A DNA stretch of 64,000 bases from Patescibacteria group bacterium (GTDB taxonomy: Bacteria > Patescibacteriota > Minisyncoccia > 2-02-FULL-40-12): the NCBI GenBank assembly GCA_038063995.1, contig JBBTUA010000007.1:5219-69218 (forward strand), read 5' to 3'. Positions 1 through 8,792 of this stretch are shown piece after piece. Made by a program: the position numbers and the translations under genes. Each line of letters begins with the position of its first letter. Positions within the stretch are counted from its first letter, which is position 1. Below the pieces are notes generated by a model. It searched no databases. It saw nothing but the letters and a program-made list of their open reading frames with translations, and was not told the DNA's origin.

Positions 1-35
1 GAAGGAAGTGTACGTTCAAGAGAGAGGAGGACGAG

Positions 36-671
36 ATGGCAGATAAATCGAAAGGGGCTGGTTTTCTGAATCTAAACACGCTTCTTAGCGTGTTGGATCC
101 GGAAAGTCGCAGGCTGGCGCAGACGTGGTGGGTATCTTTGCCCGACGACAGCCCGCTCAAGAGTGAACTCTTCGAAAGAGTTTTCGGAGTTTTCAAGGCT
201 TGGGCGGAAACAAGGGCCAAAGGCATGGGGCCTATCGGCGATGTCATCGAGAAGCTGACTGATATCGGTGACTTTGCAGTCAGGGGTGGATCAAAAAGCG
301 TCAAGGCCGCTCACGACTGGATAGACAGGTTCTACTCGGAAGCAGCTAAGCGAATTGAGAAGGCAGCTGATCCGAAAGCCGAGCTCGGGAAGATCAAACT
401 GGAATTCGAGCTTCGGCGGGATCTTCTCAAAAGTATTGAGGAGGCAAGGAAAGCGGCGGAGCCGGCAAAGCCGGAGAAGGTTTCGTTTGATTGGAGTAAA
501 ATCCAGGAACAATACGAATCTTTTCTCTTGGCTTCTGCTAGATTTACCGCGAAGGCAGTGAATCAAGTAGAAGATACGGCTAAAGACATCGACCAGTGGG
601 CTGGCAATGCGGCAACTCCGATGGTCCGTCGGTTCGGCCGGTTTCTTGAATCGAAGGGGGTGCGGCGATGA
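36..671 (+). CDS. hypothetical protein, GC-rich, first gene of a two-gene GC-rich island
   Basis: 211-aa ORF with much higher GC than the surrounding window; ATGA-overlapped with the next ORF; no motif recognised. Confidence 0.5.
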   Translation: MADKSKGAGFLNLNTLLSVLDPESRRLAQTWWVSLPDDSPLKSELFERVFGVFKAWAETRAKGMGPIGDVIEKLTDIGDFAVRGGSKSVKAAHDWIDRFYSEAAKRIEKAADPKAELGKIKLEFELRRDLLKSIEEARKAAEPAKPEKVSFDWSKIQEQYESFLLASARFTAKAVNQVEDTAKDIDQWAGNAATPMVRRFGRFLESKGVRR

Positions 672-1558
672 TTGAGCTTCTTCAAGCCATCTGGGATGAG
701 ATCATCGTTCGCCTCTGGAACTTCGGTACTCGCACGGCACGATTGGTTATTCGAGTGGCGATTCTCGTGATCGTCTTTGGGGTAGTAGTTCCGCTACTCG
801 TTTGGCCATTCGTACTTCTTGTCGTTTCCTACGCTGGTTGGTACTCCGGGATGAACTGGATTACTGCAGTGACAGCATTTTTGCCACTTGCGGTATTTGT
901 GGTTTTTGCTCTCGCTGCCGGAACTATTCTGATACTGGCTTATCCGCTGGTGTCAGGAGTTCTATTGGTGATTCCGCGGGTTCGATCTATCTTGAGTACT
1001 TTCTTAGTGGCGGTACTTGTTGCCGTCTTCGCTGAACTGGTACTTGGACTTTATCTGTCAGTTTTCCAGGTTTGGAACTGGCCGACACTGATTCCAGTAC
1101 TAGCTCTTATAGTTGCTGTTTTGGGGATGTTCTTGATTCTCAAGCGGCAACTTGGCTGGAGAGGCGGAGGGTGGTTTGTAACAATGCTAGTGGTCGGCAT
1201 CATCGGTATCACCGTTGCCTTTTTCTTCGTCGGAGACAAGTCAAAAGCCGAGGCGCGGGAAACTCGGATGGAGGCTATTCAGGAGCGAGTCGAGGAGTTC
1301 ACGCTCAACGCCGGTGAGGAGGTTTTTACAGCGCTTGTTGGTCCTGGAACTCAACATCGAGTCAGAGCTGATAAGCCTTGGGTTGCTCTTACTCGAGATG
1401 ATCAAAACGGCGCTGTTAAAAGGCCGGATGGAAACTACCGGCCCGAGAAGTACGGTGCCGGCCAGCAAATCGTCTGGCGAGGCGGAGAACCCGAAGGTCC
1501 CCTTTTGGTCAGGGGAGTGGAAAACGGGACCACTCTCCGCTTCGAGAGAGTCCGTTAG
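668..1558 (+). CDS. hypothetical polytopic membrane protein with GC-rich soluble C-terminal domain
   Basis: 296-aa ORF, N-terminal 180 aa strongly hydrophobic; 3'-terminal nucleotides resemble 3' end of the TR-like element at 38380-38410. Confidence 0.5.
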   Translation: MIELLQAIWDEIIVRLWNFGTRTARLVIRVAILVIVFGVVVPLLVWPFVLLVVSYAGWYSGMNWITAVTAFLPLAVFVVFALAAGTILILAYPLVSGVLLVIPRVRSILSTFLVAVLVAVFAELVLGLYLSVFQVWNWPTLIPVLALIVAVLGMFLILKRQLGWRGGGWFVTMLVVGIIGITVAFFFVGDKSKAEARETRMEAIQERVEEFTLNAGEEVFTALVGPGTQHRVRADKPWVALTRDDQNGAVKRPDGNYRPEKYGAGQQIVWRGGEPEGPLLVRGVENGTTLRFERVR

Positions 1559-1566
1559 TTCTTTCA

Positions 1567-1611
1567 GGGGCCGTTTTTGCAGAAATGCGAAAACGGCCCT
1601 TTAAAATTTTA
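1567..1611 (+). terminator. rho-independent terminator
   Basis: stem GGGCCGTTTT / AAAACGGCCC followed by TTTAAAATTTT. Confidence 0.6.
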
Positions 1612-2172
1612 TAAAAATCTTTTCAATTGCTTCGCGACTCCCAATTTCGCCGCTTGTTTTTTAAGGTAAGTCTTGTCTAATTTTTCGCTAGAAATTTTAA
1701 ATACTGATTCAACATCTTCTATATGTCTTGACGAGCCGCCGCTTTTTTCATACCAAATCAGTTTGTTTAAGATTAAATCTTCGGGAGAAATGAAATATAC
1801 TTTTTGATCACCTACTTTTTTAGCAACTCGTCTTCCAAATTCTGTTTTGGCTGTTTTGTTTCCTTTGGTTATCCAAAAATCAACTTTAAGCCCTGTCTCC
1901 GGGTCAATAAAATTAAATTCTCCTTTTCGTTTTAGAGCCTCTTTGGCCGACTCTTCGTCAATGTAGCCGTATTTAGAAATTTTTCTTAAGGCCTCTACTA
2001 ATGGCTTTACTTTTGGCTCTAAAAGATTGATTACAATATCTATATCAAAAGTTGCCCGAGGTCTGCCCCAAACAGAAACAGCAAAACCACCGGTGATATA
2101 ATAATCAATTTCAAACTCGTCTAAAATTGGCGCGACTTTTAAGAGAAGTTTTTCCGGGTTTATTATTTCCAT
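1609..2172 (-). CDS. nucleotidyltransferase-family protein (minimal NTase fold)
   Basis: 187 aa; GGFAVSVWGRPRATFDIDIV motif typical of minimal nucleotidyltransferases. Confidence 0.55.
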   Translation of the reverse strand: MEIINPEKLLLKVAPILDEFEIDYYITGGFAVSVWGRPRATFDIDIVINLLEPKVKPLVEALRKISKYGYIDEESAKEALKRKGEFNFIDPETGLKVDFWITKGNKTAKTEFGRRVAKKVGDQKVYFISPEDLILNKLIWYEKSGGSSRHIEDVESVFKISSEKLDKTYLKKQAAKLGVAKQLKRFL

Positions 2173-2365
2173 TGAGTTTGTTTAGTTTAAGACAGAACAT
2201 TGTCAGATAAGAAGTAAGTTTCAGTTTTTTACTGATTGGCATTTTTCTAAAGATTTCGTCTTGAATTTCTTGGGCGGCTTGCGAAGAGTTTATCGAAACC
2301 GATTTTTTTCTAAGATTTCCAGAGTTCATTAGTTTAATTCTATCAAATCAGTTTTTTGTGTTTTA

Positions 2366-2394
2366 TTGACATTTTTTATTAAGTTTGCTATAAT
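2366..2394 (+). promoter_or_regulatory. consensus sigma70-type promoter
   Basis: TTGACA (2366-2371), 17-nt spacer, TATAAT (2389-2394); GGAGG RBS before ATG at 2446. Confidence 0.6.
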
Positions 2395-2445
2395 ATAAGT
2401 ATTAGGACTTAGATAGAAAACAGGGCCTGGAATCAGGCCATTTCA

Positions 2446-2898
2446 GTGGAGGAAAAGATGGAGAAGTTCTTTGTCAGTTTTGCAGTGGTGGTTTTAGCCG
2501 TTATGAGCCAGGCCTGTGCCACGCTCGGCGCCGGTTCGCTGCCTTACGTGGTAGCGTCAAATGCCGCCCTGCCGTACCAGGTTCTGGCGGCCGGCCAAGC
2601 GGTTCAACCGTACGGCTACGGCTATGGCTACGGCAACGTGCCGGTCTGCCGTCTGCAGGACCTTCAGGGTTTGCCGTCAGTGAGCCAGCCGGTGATTGTC
2701 CGGGTGGACAAAACCCGAGGCCATCGGGTTGCTGATATCGTCAGTGCGGCCACGGTCGGCGCCGGTTTGGGCGGATTTTCCGGCGGCTGGCAGGGCGTAG
2801 CTTACGGTGCTGCTGCCGGTGCAGGCGGCGGTCTGCTCGTGAGCAATCACGAGTATGACTACTGCGTGTACCTTCCGGTGCCGGCGCCTAAACCTTAG
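2446..2898 (+). CDS. small secreted Gly/Ala-rich protein with YGYGYGYG repeat
   Basis: 150 aa, N-terminal signal-like hydrophobic segment, GC-rich; consensus promoter and RBS upstream. Confidence 0.5.
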   Translation: MEEKMEKFFVSFAVVVLAVMSQACATLGAGSLPYVVASNAALPYQVLAAGQAVQPYGYGYGYGNVPVCRLQDLQGLPSVSQPVIVRVDKTRGHRVADIVSAATVGAGLGGFSGGWQGVAYGAAAGAGGGLLVSNHEYDYCVYLPVPAPKP

Positions 2899-2917
2899 CG
2901 GCCCGGTACCGTGCATC

Positions 2918-2960
2918 TTCATGGGAGGACCTTTGATTCATCATCGGTCCTTCCTTTTTC
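2918..2960 (+). terminator. probable terminator hairpin
   Basis: GGGAGGACC..GGTCCTTCC stem followed by TTTTTCATT. Confidence 0.4.
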
Positions 2961-3017
2961 ATTGTGGAAAACTTATTAGTATCAGTTCTTTTTTACATAT
3001 ATAATTCTTAATAAATA

Positions 3018-3380
3018 ATGGATTTGTTTTTTATTATTGCTCAAACCGGATCTGACGATTTTCTCGGAGTAAAGGATTTTACGGTTCAGCGCATTGCGAA
3101 CATCATCACCGGTTTTGCCTGTTGGCTTATCGGCATAGTGCTTGTGATAATGGTCATATTTTTGATTTGGGCAGGGATGAGATATTTTTTGGCCATAGGC
3201 AATGAGACAAAGGTGGCCGAGGCCACAAAAAATTTGACTTGGACTTTGGTCGGGATTTTAGTGATTCTTGGGACTAATGTGATTATTGCTACAGTGGCCA
3301 ATGCCTTGGGCGGCAATTATTCTTATCTGCCTTTAAAATGTAATCCGGTAAAAGCCGCAGAATTAAGATGTCAAAATTAG
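3018..3380 (+). CDS. pilin-like small membrane protein, paralog 1 of 5 (TrbC/VirB2-like, CPR T4SS-pilin-type family)
   Basis: two TM segments; shared C-terminal motif ..G(I)MY..AG.N...KKA..W(F)KN.LIG.FIILAVG.II.TI.NIV. Confidence 0.45.
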   Translation: MDLFFIIAQTGSDDFLGVKDFTVQRIANIITGFACWLIGIVLVIMVIFLIWAGMRYFLAIGNETKVAEATKNLTWTLVGILVILGTNVIIATVANALGGNYSYLPLKCNPVKAAELRCQN

Positions 3381-3712
3381 AAATTTCTCAAATCATAATT
3401 CCCCCACCGCCGGTTCAAGGACGGGGTTTGACTTTATCTGAATTTGGACAACTTATAGCCATTGTCGGTTCATTTTTGCAAACTATTGCAGTTTTATTGG
3501 CCATCATCGCTATTATTGTTTCCGGAATTATGTATATGAAAGCCGGAGCAAATCCGGATTCAGCAAAAAAAGCTTTGGCCTGGTTCAAAAACGCTTTAAT
3601 CGGTGCTTTTATTATTCTGGCTGTTGGACTAATTATAAATACCATTGCCAATATAGTTACCAGACAATTTTTTTGCCGGTTCAGCGTTTTCGGCCAATGT
3701 ATAATTCAATGA
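3368..3712 (+). CDS. pilin-like small membrane protein, paralog 2
   Basis: SGIMYMKAGANPDSAKKALAWFKNALIGAFIILAVGLIINTIANIV. Confidence 0.5.
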   Translation: MSKLEISQIIIPPPPVQGRGLTLSEFGQLIAIVGSFLQTIAVLLAIIAIIVSGIMYMKAGANPDSAKKALAWFKNALIGAFIILAVGLIINTIANIVTRQFFCRFSVFGQCIIQ

Positions 3713-4005
3713 TTATTAGCCAGCAATTTCAATTGCCGCCTCCGGATCCGATAACATACGGCAGTGTTAATCTATTTCTTGAAAAAACCGCTTTTTTTCT
3801 TTTCACGGCCGGAATTACTTTGGGGGTGATTACTTTGGTAGTTTCCGGAATTATGTATTTTTGGGCCGGTTCTGACACCGAAGCCAAAAAAGCCAAAGGC
3901 TGGTTTAAAAACGGGATAATCGGAACTTTTGTTATTCTTGCTTTTGGAGTAATAATTAAGACAATTGATATAATTGTAAGGGGAGGATTTTTTACTATAC
4001 CTTGA
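3673..4005 (+). CDS. pilin-like small membrane protein, paralog 3
   Basis: SGIMYFWAGSDTEAKKAKGWFKNGIIGTFVILAFGVIIKTIDIIV. Confidence 0.5.
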   Translation: MPVQRFRPMYNSMIISQQFQLPPPDPITYGSVNLFLEKTAFFLFTAGITLGVITLVVSGIMYFWAGSDTEAKKAKGWFKNGIIGTFVILAFGVIIKTIDIIVRGGFFTIP

Positions 4006-4008
4006 TTT

Positions 4009-4335
4009 ATGTCTAATTTTTTAGCGCAAATCAGCCAGTGGCAGCTTCCGTCTTTGCCGGGCCAGCCTTTAACTTCAATAGGGATTTTAGGTATTTTAAC
4101 TTTTCTGGCTAATTTTTTGATTGCCGCCGGAATAATTTTGGCGATAATCGTGATTGTTTGGAGCGGAGTCATGTATTTGAAATCCGGTTCAAATGAAAAG
4201 GCAGTAGATAAAGCCAAAGGCTGGTTTAAAAACGGGATAATCGGTGCGTTCATAATTCTGGCTGTTGGCGTGATAATTCTGACGCTTTATAATATAATAG
4301 TAACCAGGACATTCTTTGGTCCATTTGGACCTTAG
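4009..4335 (+). CDS. pilin-like small membrane protein, paralog 4
   Basis: SGVMYLKSGSNEKAVDKAKGWFKNGIIGAFIILAVGVIILTLYNIIV. Confidence 0.5.
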   Translation: MSNFLAQISQWQLPSLPGQPLTSIGILGILTFLANFLIAAGIILAIIVIVWSGVMYLKSGSNEKAVDKAKGWFKNGIIGAFIILAVGVIILTLYNIIVTRTFFGPFGP

Positions 4336-4370
4336 TTTTAGGTCGATTATTAAATAAATTAAATAAAAAA

Positions 4371-4727
4371 ATGATTAAAAAATATTTAATAATTTCAGCG
4401 GCGGCAATGGTATTAGCTTTGCCATTACTAGCTTTAGCCCAATTGCCTGTCCCGACAATTCCGACTGTTCCGGGAACAAGTCTGTCTGAAATAGAAAGTA
4501 TAATCAGGAGAATTGCCCAGTTTTTTATGATCATTGGCGTTATTTTAGCCGTGATCTATATAATTTGGGGCGGAATAAAATGGATGAGTGCCGGAAGCGA
4601 TCCGAAAGCAGCAGATGAAGCTAAAATGAGAATGAGACAGGGTGCTTGGGGAGCATTGATCATTCTTGCCGTCGGACTTATTCTCCAAACTCTTGCCGGA
4701 ATTGTTACAAGAGTATTCTTCCAATAA
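4371..4727 (+). CDS. pilin-like small membrane protein, paralog 5 (with signal peptide)
   Basis: GGIKWMSAGSDPKAADEAKMRMRQGAWGALIILAVGLILQTLAGIV. Confidence 0.5.
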   Translation: MIKKYLIISAAAMVLALPLLALAQLPVPTIPTVPGTSLSEIESIIRRIAQFFMIIGVILAVIYIIWGGIKWMSAGSDPKAADEAKMRMRQGAWGALIILAVGLILQTLAGIVTRVFFQ

Positions 4728-5293
4728 TTATTGAGATTCTCCTTTTAGTTCTTTTGGTTTTGTTTGAAGCCGTATTTTTGTCTTTTGCGGTTTTTGTTTT
4801 GGTTTCCGGTTTTATTTCCCAAGCCAGAGGCGCTCCTTATGTTCCTCTGCCCAAAAAATCGATTAAGGGTATTTTAGCTTTCGCTGATTTAAAAGGGGAT
4901 GGCAGATTTTATGATTTGGGTTGCGGCGACGGCCGGGTTTTGATCGAGGCAGTCAAAGGATTCGGAATTAAAAAGGCAATCGGTTATGAAATTTCTCCCT
5001 GGCCGTATTTCAAAGGGAGATTTTTGGTCCGTTCAAACGGATTGAAAGAAAAAATCACTATTTTAAAGAAGGACTTTTTGGAAGCCGATTTTAAACAGGC
5101 TGATGTCGTGTTTATTTATTTGTACCCGAAAATTGTTCAAAAACTAGTTCCTAAATTCAAAGAAGAGTTGTATTACGGTTCGAAAATAATTTCAGTAAGT
5201 TTCCCGATACAGGAGCCTGAAAATTTCAATCTCCGGTTGATAAAAACCGGGAAAATTGATAAATTTAATACGTTTCTTTATCAGAAAGTATAG
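4646..5293 (+). CDS. class I SAM-dependent methyltransferase with N-terminal TM segment
   Basis: DLGCGDGR motif (SAM motif I); annotated start overlaps upstream gene; true start probably a TTG/ATT near 4730-4760. Confidence 0.6.
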   Translation: MGSIDHSCRRTYSPNSCRNCYKSILPIIIEILLLVLLVLFEAVFLSFAVFVLVSGFISQARGAPYVPLPKKSIKGILAFADLKGDGRFYDLGCGDGRVLIEAVKGFGIKKAIGYEISPWPYFKGRFLVRSNGLKEKITILKKDFLEADFKQADVVFIYLYPKIVQKLVPKFKEELYYGSKIISVSFPIQEPENFNLRLIKTGKIDKFNTFLYQKV

Positions 5294-5376
5294 GCTCCTG
5301 TGGCGGAATTGGCTATACGCGCGTGGCTTAGGACCACGTCCCGAAAGGGGTGCAGGTTCGAGTCCTGCCAGGAGCA
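5294..5376 (+). tRNA. tRNA-Leu (anticodon TAG)
   Basis: 7-bp acceptor GCTCCTG/CAGGAGC, 3-bp D stem, anticodon loop CTTAGGA, long variable arm, T loop TTCGAGT; 83 nt. Confidence 0.8.
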
Positions 5377-5385
5377 TTTAAACAA

Positions 5386-5412
5386 ATAAAAGCCCGCCTA
5401 ATAAGGCGGGCG
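5386..5412 (-). terminator. terminator hairpin serving hsp20 (minus strand)
   Basis: GCCCGCC TAATAA GGCGGGC; on the minus strand it is followed by TTTTATTTGTTT. Confidence 0.5.
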
Positions 5413-5502
5413 TTATATCCGGGCCCCAAGCAGCCCTTCACTACTCGCTTGGTCGTTGGGATGAAGAACATTATTATTTAATTTATTTCTTGATCCCGCG
5501 GA

Positions 5503-5535
5503 CGGCCCCAAGCGAGAAGTGAGGGGCCGATTTTA
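5503..5535 (+). terminator. terminator hairpin after tRNA-Leu
   Basis: GGCCCC..GGGGCC stem followed by GATTTTATTTTG. Confidence 0.4.
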
Positions 5536-5874
5536 TTTTGAAAATTTCGGCAGTGTTATCGTAAGTATTCCGTTTTTCAAAGTCGCTTTTGCTTCGTCTG
5601 GGTTTATTTCTTCGGGTAAAATCACTTTTCTTGAAAATGCTCCCCAGTTCAGTTCTTTATAAAAATAGTTTTTCCCTTTTTCCTCTTCTTCGTCTTGTCT
5701 TACTCCTTTTATTATTACTGAATCGTTTGTTATCGCTATATCGAGGTCTTTTCCTGTGACTCCGGCAATTGCCGATTTTATGACGATTTCATTGCTTCTT
5801 TGGAAAATATCGAGTGTCAGTATTCCAGTTTCTTTTTCTTCCTCCAATTCTTTATCGAGATCCTTCTTCATCAA
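5533..5874 (-). CDS. Hsp20/alpha-crystallin family small heat-shock protein
   Basis: 113 aa; ..GILTITLPK.. C-terminal alpha-crystallin domain pattern. Confidence 0.75.
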   Translation of the reverse strand: MMKKDLDKELEEEKETGILTLDIFQRSNEIVIKSAIAGVTGKDLDIAITNDSVIIKGVRQDEEEEKGKNYFYKELNWGAFSRKVILPEEINPDEAKATLKNGILTITLPKFSK

Positions 5875-5925
5875 TTTGATAGTATAATATCATTTTCCTC
5901 TAATCAATTGCCAAGTCAATACAAA

Positions 5926-6642
5926 TTATGTTGATACACTCTGGATAAGCTGTTTATGCCGCTGTTTTAGCCTGTCGAAAAGTATAAGCAAAGAGACCAT
6001 CATTCCCAAAAGAAGTACGGTATTTCCTGGCAAAGCCGCGCTCGGGTCTATAAAAATTAAATAATTAAAGATTAAATGGAGAAATGAGGCCAAAATTAGT
6101 CCAAAAGCAACAATTTGTTTTTTGAAATGGTAAAAAAACCAGGCAAGACCCAAGAAGTAGCCGACTATTCCCGAAGCAAGGGCATGAAGCAATGTTGCTC
6201 CGGTGAATCTAAGAGCGATGATTCCAAAAGTCGCGGCAAAGCCTTCGGGATAGATTTTGAAAGCGATAAGTATATTTTCCATAGCCGCAAAGCCTAAAGC
6301 CGCGGCAATCATATAGATTATCGAATCGTGGGGTTCGTCAAAATCCGGTTTTGCCACGACCGAATGCCGAACAACCCAGTACTTCATATATTCTTCGATA
6401 AAAGCAGCCAAAGTGAAAAATGCGACGGCGCTGGAAACCACTCCTCTGAAAATGCTCGAAGCCGCGGCTTCGAGCATTACCACGACCGGAGCAATAACTA
6501 TGCCGAATAGAAAAACCTTTACGATAAGATATTTTGGTTCCGGTCTCGAATCTTTTGTGAGAAAAATCAAAAGCCAGACTATGCTTGGCAAGAGGCCGAG
6601 AATAACAAGAAAAACATTTGTGGGTATGTTTATTTGGGCCAT
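5926..6642 (-). CDS. PrsW-family intramembrane metalloprotease (putative)
   Basis: polytopic; EEYMKYW and GFAAMEN motifs; start moved to internal Met (MAQINIPT) to avoid 120-nt overlap with valS. Confidence 0.5.
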   Translation of the reverse strand: MAQINIPTNVFLVILGLLPSIVWLLIFLTKDSRPEPKYLIVKVFLFGIVIAPVVVMLEAAASSIFRGVVSSAVAFFTLAAFIEEYMKYWVVRHSVVAKPDFDEPHDSIIYMIAAALGFAAMENILIAFKIYPEGFAATFGIIALRFTGATLLHALASGIVGYFLGLAWFFYHFKKQIVAFGLILASFLHLIFNYLIFIDPSAALPGNTVLLLGMMVSLLILFDRLKQRHKQLIQSVST

Positions 6643-8771
6643 TGTTCGACTAAAAGCATTTTTTTGTTTTTTATAGGCAGTTTTGACCAGATTTCTTCGG
6701 TTAAAAAAGGCATAAATGGATGGAGAAGTTTTAACTGATTCGCCAGAAGCCACAAAAGAACTTCAGTTTTTTGAATTTTGTCATTTGAATTTTGGATTTT
6801 TTGTTTCGCATCTTCTATATAAATGGAGGCAAAGCGATTCCAGAAAAAGCTGTAAATTTCGCTTACAGCCTGGCTGAACCTGAATTTATTTATATTTTCC
6901 TGTGCAAGCGGAATAAGTCTTTTGAGTTCTTCAATAAATTCTTTATCCATTGTATCAAGTTTTGAAGGCAGTTTTAACTCATAGCCGTCTTCTTTCGCTA
7001 AAGCTTTGGAGGACTCGCCGATTTGTATTAAAACAAATCGGCTCGCGTTCCAGATTTTATTGGCGAATTTTCTGCCGGCATCGATAACGTCTTCGTTGAA
7101 TCTTATATCTTGGATGCCGGTTGTTTGAAAAGCTAAACCAAAACGGAGAGCGTCAGCTCCATATTTTTCGATTAAGACGAGAGGATCAATGCCTGTTCCA
7201 AGACTTTTAGACATTCTTTGGCCTTCTTTGGTCAGAACCGTAGCGTGAATATATACATCTTTGAATGGTGGTTTTCCAGTGAATTCCAAACCTGAAAAAA
7301 TCATTCTTGCTTGCCATAAATAACGGATGCCTCGATCCGAAGTAATGAAATCAGTCGGATAATATTCAGTTAAGTCTTTTGTCTTTTCCGGCCAACCTAA
7401 AACCGCAAACGGCCAAAGGGCAGAAGAGAACCAGGTGTCTAAAACATCTTCTTCGCCTTCAATAGGAATTTTATGTCCCCACCAAATCTGCCTTGAAATA
7501 TTCCAATCATGCATATTATCAAGCCAAGTGATCATATCTTCTTTCCATTTTTCAGGATGAATACGGACAGAACCGGTTGTGATTGCTTTTTTTGCCAATT
7601 CAGCAAGTTCCCTCATTTTTAAAAACCATTGTTTTGAATAGAGAGGTTCAATTATTGTTCCGCATCTTTCACAGTGGCCGATGTTATGGACCAATTCCTC
7701 GATTTTTTCGATCAGCCCCAGCTCATTCAGCTTTTCAATGACTTTTTGGCGGCAATCTTTTGTTGAAAGCCCTTGGCAGAGCAGACCGGCCTTTTCGGTC
7801 ATCTTTCCGTTTTTATCGATTATCTCTAAAACTTCGAGATTGCGGCGCTGGGAAATTTCAAAATCTTCGACTGAATGGGCCGGAGTCACTTTTACCGCGC
7901 CGGTCCCGAAAGAGATATCAATTGATTCGTCGGCGATTATCGGGATTTCCCGATCTTGGATCGGCAGAATTACTTTTTTGCCGATTAGATTTTTATATCT
8001 TTCATCATTGGGATTTACGGCTACTGCAGTGTCGCCAAGCATTGTTTCGGGCCTTGTAGTCGCTACGACTACATATTCTGTTTGCCGGTCCTCCGAAGCT
8101 TTAGCGAAGGAGGACTCTCTCACCAATGGGTATCTTATGAAATATAACTTTCCTTCCGTTTCTTTGTATTCAACCTCTAAATCAGAAATGGCGCTTTGGC
8201 ATCTTGGACACCAATTTATTACTCGATAACCTTGGTATATCCAATCCTTCTTTTTATAATGGTTAAACGCTTCAGAGACCGCTTTCTGGTAGTTTTCGTC
8301 CATTGTAAATCTTAGGCGCGACCAATCAACCGAAAGGCCTAATTTTTTAAACTGTTCTAGAATTTTTCCTCCAGATTTTTCTTTCCACTGCCAGACCCTT
8401 TCCAGGAATTTTTCCCGGCCAAGGTTCTGACGGGTAAGCCCCTCCTTTTTTAATTCTTTTTCAACGACATTCTGGGTGGCAATCCCGGCATGGTCGATTC
8501 CCGGCACCCAAAGCGTTTGATAACCCTGCATCCTTTTCATCCTTATGATTATATCAGCCAAGGTGTTTTCAAGAGCGTGGCCGATATGAAGTTCGCCGGT
8601 AATGTTTGGAGGAGCAATGCAAGAAACAAATTTTCGTGATGTAAACCTATCCTCCTTCGCTGAAGCTACGGAGGACAGTCCTTCTGGACTGAAAAAGCCG
8701 CTTTCTTCCCAGAGCTTATAGATTCGGTCTTCAACTTCATTTGGATTATAAGCTTTTGACAGTTCAGTCAT
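6630..8771 (-). CDS. valS: valine--tRNA ligase
   Basis: PPNITGELHIGHA HIGH region, KMSKS motif; carries two in-frame copies of the cgaag/cttcg repeat (8089-8117, 8648-8674). Confidence 0.85.
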   Translation of the reverse strand: MTELSKAYNPNEVEDRIYKLWEESGFFSPEGLSSVASAKEDRFTSRKFVSCIAPPNITGELHIGHALENTLADIIIRMKRMQGYQTLWVPGIDHAGIATQNVVEKELKKEGLTRQNLGREKFLERVWQWKEKSGGKILEQFKKLGLSVDWSRLRFTMDENYQKAVSEAFNHYKKKDWIYQGYRVINWCPRCQSAISDLEVEYKETEGKLYFIRYPLVRESSFAKASEDRQTEYVVVATTRPETMLGDTAVAVNPNDERYKNLIGKKVILPIQDREIPIIADESIDISFGTGAVKVTPAHSVEDFEISQRRNLEVLEIIDKNGKMTEKAGLLCQGLSTKDCRQKVIEKLNELGLIEKIEELVHNIGHCERCGTIIEPLYSKQWFLKMRELAELAKKAITTGSVRIHPEKWKEDMITWLDNMHDWNISRQIWWGHKIPIEGEEDVLDTWFSSALWPFAVLGWPEKTKDLTEYYPTDFITSDRGIRYLWQARMIFSGLEFTGKPPFKDVYIHATVLTKEGQRMSKSLGTGIDPLVLIEKYGADALRFGLAFQTTGIQDIRFNEDVIDAGRKFANKIWNASRFVLIQIGESSKALAKEDGYELKLPSKLDTMDKEFIEELKRLIPLAQENINKFRFSQAVSEIYSFFWNRFASIYIEDAKQKIQNSNDKIQKTEVLLWLLANQLKLLHPFMPFLTEEIWSKLPIKNKKMLLVEQWPK

Positions 8772-8792
8772 AAATCCATTCTACCTTAAAAT

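Noticed and set aside
36-1558. First GC-rich ORF pair as a third DGR target
   Set aside because: Only the terminal about 24 nt (ctctccgcttcgagagagtccg) resemble the 3' end of the TR-like element. The adenine-biased alignment does not extend upstream, so this is kept only as a weak note.
4646-4727. Annotated methyltransferase start overlapping the fifth pilin-like gene by 82 nt
   Set aside because: The overlap is implausible. The methyltransferase most likely initiates at a non-ATG codon near 4730-4760. The function call is unaffected.
7681-8229. plus-strand ORFs inside valS (7681-8229, 7760-8059) and similar antisense ORFs inside ileS, tsaD, glyQS, leuS, metG, fusA
   Set aside because: They are embedded antisense to well-supported conserved genes and their products are low-complexity with no motifs.
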